64,000 nt of DNA from Zootoca vivipara (Eukaryota), in the NCBI RefSeq assembly GCF_963506605.1, contig NC_083286.1, positions 53,692,001 through 53,756,000 on the forward strand. Direction: 5' to 3'. This document shows, in pieces, positions 61,383 through 64,000 of this stretch; within the stretch, counting starts at the first letter, position 1, and every line of letters begins with the position of its first letter. A program made the translations under genes and the position numbers. The notes beneath the pieces were generated by a model. It saw nothing but the letters and a program-made list of their open reading frames with translations, did no database searches and had not been told where the DNA came from.

Positions 61383-61977
61383 TAACCCTGACACTAGGGT
61401 CCTGTTCCAGATTTGAGGGTCACGTGGGAAATTTGTGCGTGCGTGTGCAGATGTTTAAAAATCCTAAACCCTGCACTGAAAGAAACCACTCCCTCTTTCT
61501 TGTAGCCCAAACATGCAAGGAATGCTTCAAATTGCTGATGGTATAGTCTGGGTTTTTTTGTTGGGGGGGGGGGGGTTAACTGCTGAACCACACTGTCTCC
61601 ATCTTCTACACAGAATCAAGCTTTTGATAACAGCTAGATCAGGCAGGCAGTCGAGCAGCAAGGAAAGAGAGAACACGATAACTGGCTCCTTAAAATAATT
61701 CAGCCTCACCCTGAGCAACTTGACAAATTACTCACTTTACTATGATATGAAAAGCTCACAACGCATGATTGATTGGTCTGGTGCAGACTGAAATGGACCC
61801 TGAAAGAGAAATCAATGTAAAAGCTTTAAAAAGCTGCTGGTGTGTTTAGGGTCTCTTTAGAAAAAGAAGAAGAAAAAGTTAGACAATTTCTTTCTGCCTG
61901 AAGGAGGCATCAAATTCCTTAGACCTTTCTGGTGATTTTATTTGTTGTATCTGTATGCCTCGCCCTTCATTCTAGAT

Positions 61978-62113
61978 CAGGCACCCCCAAACTTCGGCCC
62001 TCCAGATGTTTTGGACTACAATTCCCATCTTCCCCGACCACTGGTCCTGTTAGCTAGGGATCATGGGAGTTGTAGGCCAAAACATCTGGAGGGCCTCAGT
62101 TTGGGGGTGCCTG
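61978..62113. mobile_element. 136-bp palindromic hAT MITE
   Basis: TSD TTCTAGAT / TTCTCGAT (1 mismatch). Confidence 0.9.
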
Positions 62114-62216
62114 TTCTCGATACTCAGTTCAGCTTAGAAATTGGGCTTCTCCTATATAATCCTCACTATAAGTCCCGTGAGGTAGTTTGGGCTGAGAGCC
62201 TGTGATTCGTCTAAGA

Positions 62217-62462
62217 CAGGGGTCAGCAAACTTTTTCAGCAGGGGGGCGGTCCACTGTTCCTCAGACCTTGGGGGGGGGGGTCTGACTATATTTTGAAGG
62301 GGGGGAATGAACGAATTCCTATGCCCCACAAATAACCCATGGGTGCATTTTAAATAAAAGGACACATTCTACTCATGTAAAAACACGCTGATTGTCTGTG
62401 GGCTGGATTTAGAAGGCGATTGGGCCAGATCCAACCCCTGGGCCTTAGTTTGCCTACCCGTG
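62217..62462. mobile_element. hAT MITE (246 bp)
   Basis: Imperfect TIR CAGGGGTCAGCAAAC / GTTTGCCTACCCGTG. TSD GTCTAAGA at 62209-62216 and 62463-62470. Confidence 0.85.
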
Positions 62463-62470
62463 GTCTAAGA

Positions 62471-62606
62471 CAGGCATCCCTAAACTGTGGCCTTCCAGAT
62501 GTTTTGGCCTACAACTCCCATGATCCCTAGCTAACAGGACCAGTGGTTGGGGAAGATGGGAATTGTAGTCCAAAACATCTGGAGGGCCGAAGTTTGGGGA
62601 TGCCTG
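62471..62606. mobile_element. 136-bp palindromic hAT MITE
   Basis: TSD GTCTAAGA at 62463-62470 and 62607-62614. Confidence 0.9.
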
Positions 62607-63049
62607 GTCTAAGACCATCCAGTGGTCTAAGCAGGGATTTGAAGCCTGTTCCCTCCAGGTCCAACTGCCCAAAATACCACACTGGCTCTCCCTAGCAGTT
62701 TTTATTCATGGGCATGCACCAGCAATTTACCTCATGAAGATTGTGACCTTGTTCACACACTACTTTTAGACCATAGTTGAGCTGTGGCTTCAAGGTGAAT
62801 GTGAAATTGGAGGTGCTTTGCTCTTCCCTTGGTACTTTTTCTGTTGAGCGAAACCACCGTCTGGCTTGGCGTTATGTCCAAACCCAGGCCCATTATTTCC
62901 AAACCAAACCTGTGAGTGGTCAGCAAGGTTTGTTTTGGGCTTACTGCTCATGCTTTCTCTGGACAAAACAAACCACAAACCCAGGTTCAGGTGTGACACT
63001 CATGCCACAGCCCATGGCTTGCTTCCTAGAAGCAGCAAGGAAGAGCAAA

Positions 63050-63264
63050 TAGGGTTGCCAGACTCAATAGAGGACAGGACTTCTGTGCCTTTAATTGCCC
63101 TGCTCTCTTTTGAGTCGGGAAACCTTAAAGAGAAACCAGCAGACCCTTTGTTTGATTTCCAAGGAAAGGGTCTGTTGGTTTCTCTTTAAGGTTTCCAGAC
63201 TCAAAAGAGAGCAGGGCAATTAAAGGCACAGAAGTCCTGTCCACTATTGAGTCTGGCAACCCTA
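63050..63264. mobile_element. Fold-back hAT MITE (TAGGGTTGCCA ends), near-perfect palindrome
   Basis: Arms of about 100 bp are reverse complements with a few mismatches. TSD AGAGCAAA at 63042-63049 and 63265-63272. Confidence 0.92.
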
Positions 63265-64000
63265 AGAGCAAACCACCAGTGGTTTTTTAGCAGCATGCAC
63301 CAGTAGGCTGCATGTTCAGTTAAACCACAGCTTCGTTTGACTGTGGTATAAACTTTTAACTGAGGGAGCGCCCCATGTGGAAATCCTTGAACCAGTGAGC
63401 TTTCTAGCTCCACTCCTTCCTATCATGTAATTTCCTGCCATGTGAACAGGGAAACTGACAAGCAAGAAACAACAAATCTTGAATTATGCATGGGAAAATC
63501 TCAAAAAGCACAATGGGAGCTATTTTCTGATTGGTCACCAAGCCTTCAATGCTGCTTTCTGCAAATCTACTTGCTCCACACCTGATGTGTGGACCTGCAT
63601 CAGGCAAAATTTGGCCCACAAATTTGATCAGAGGTTCCCCACCCCTGTGAATGAGGCCAACCTGAATGTGGAAAGGACACAGAACAGCATTATGGACTGG
63701 GTGTGCCAAACTACAACCAGGATTCCCTGCATATGCATTAGTGGAATTGTTAGTGCTTCTAATTTCCAGTAGTTTTCATGCCTCCTGTAAATTTAAGCTG
63801 TAAGCCCTGGGAAGGGCATACAACTGGAATTCCCTGTAGCTAGAGAGAAATGCCAAACCCTTGGAAGTAAATGCAACACTGGGGGTGTGGTGTGTGTTTC
63901 TAGCTATGACAGGCCCTTTCGTTACATTGGAGCATGTTTTCCGATTACCTGTTCAAAGTGGGAACGCCCTTGCTGGGGACTGTGTTTTAATGCAAATCAG

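Noticed and set aside
63479-63772. ORF containing LKKHN, reminiscent of MYO5B KKVLKKHNDD
   Set aside because: Surrounding residues do not match, and the next expected exon ([20 protein letters not shown]) is not in the window.

Overview
Vertebrate genomic DNA, most likely from a squamate (lacertid-like lizard), judged from Sauria/Squam-type SINEs, BovB, CR1, L2 and Penelope repeats. The whole window lies inside one + strand gene, MYO5B (unconventional myosin Vb). Thirteen GT-AG exons (2022 nt, 674 codons, all phase-consistent) run from the end of the motor domain through the IQ neck and coiled coil into the proximal tail, including the 78-nt alternative exon D. They correspond to roughly human exons 19-31 (numbering from memory). 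The introns are dense with transposable elements: a full-length, apparently intact antisense L1 (about 6.5 kb, open ORF1 and ORF2, poly(A), 16-bp TSD), two older L1 3' ends, many hAT and Tc1/pogo MITEs with clean TSDs, SINEs, CR1/L2/RTE fragments, a probable solo LTR, and Penelope-like inverted repeats carrying hammerhead-ribozyme cores. There is one 157-N assembly gap. I see no demonstrably new protein-coding system. The best leads are RNA-level or mobile-DNA features: a sense-strand intronic hammerhead core, a frame-preserving exon that regenerates a 5' splice site (recursive-splicing candidate), two different MITEs stacked on one 8-bp target, an inverted SINE pair bracketing an exon, and a promoter-like cassette carried inside a hAT element.
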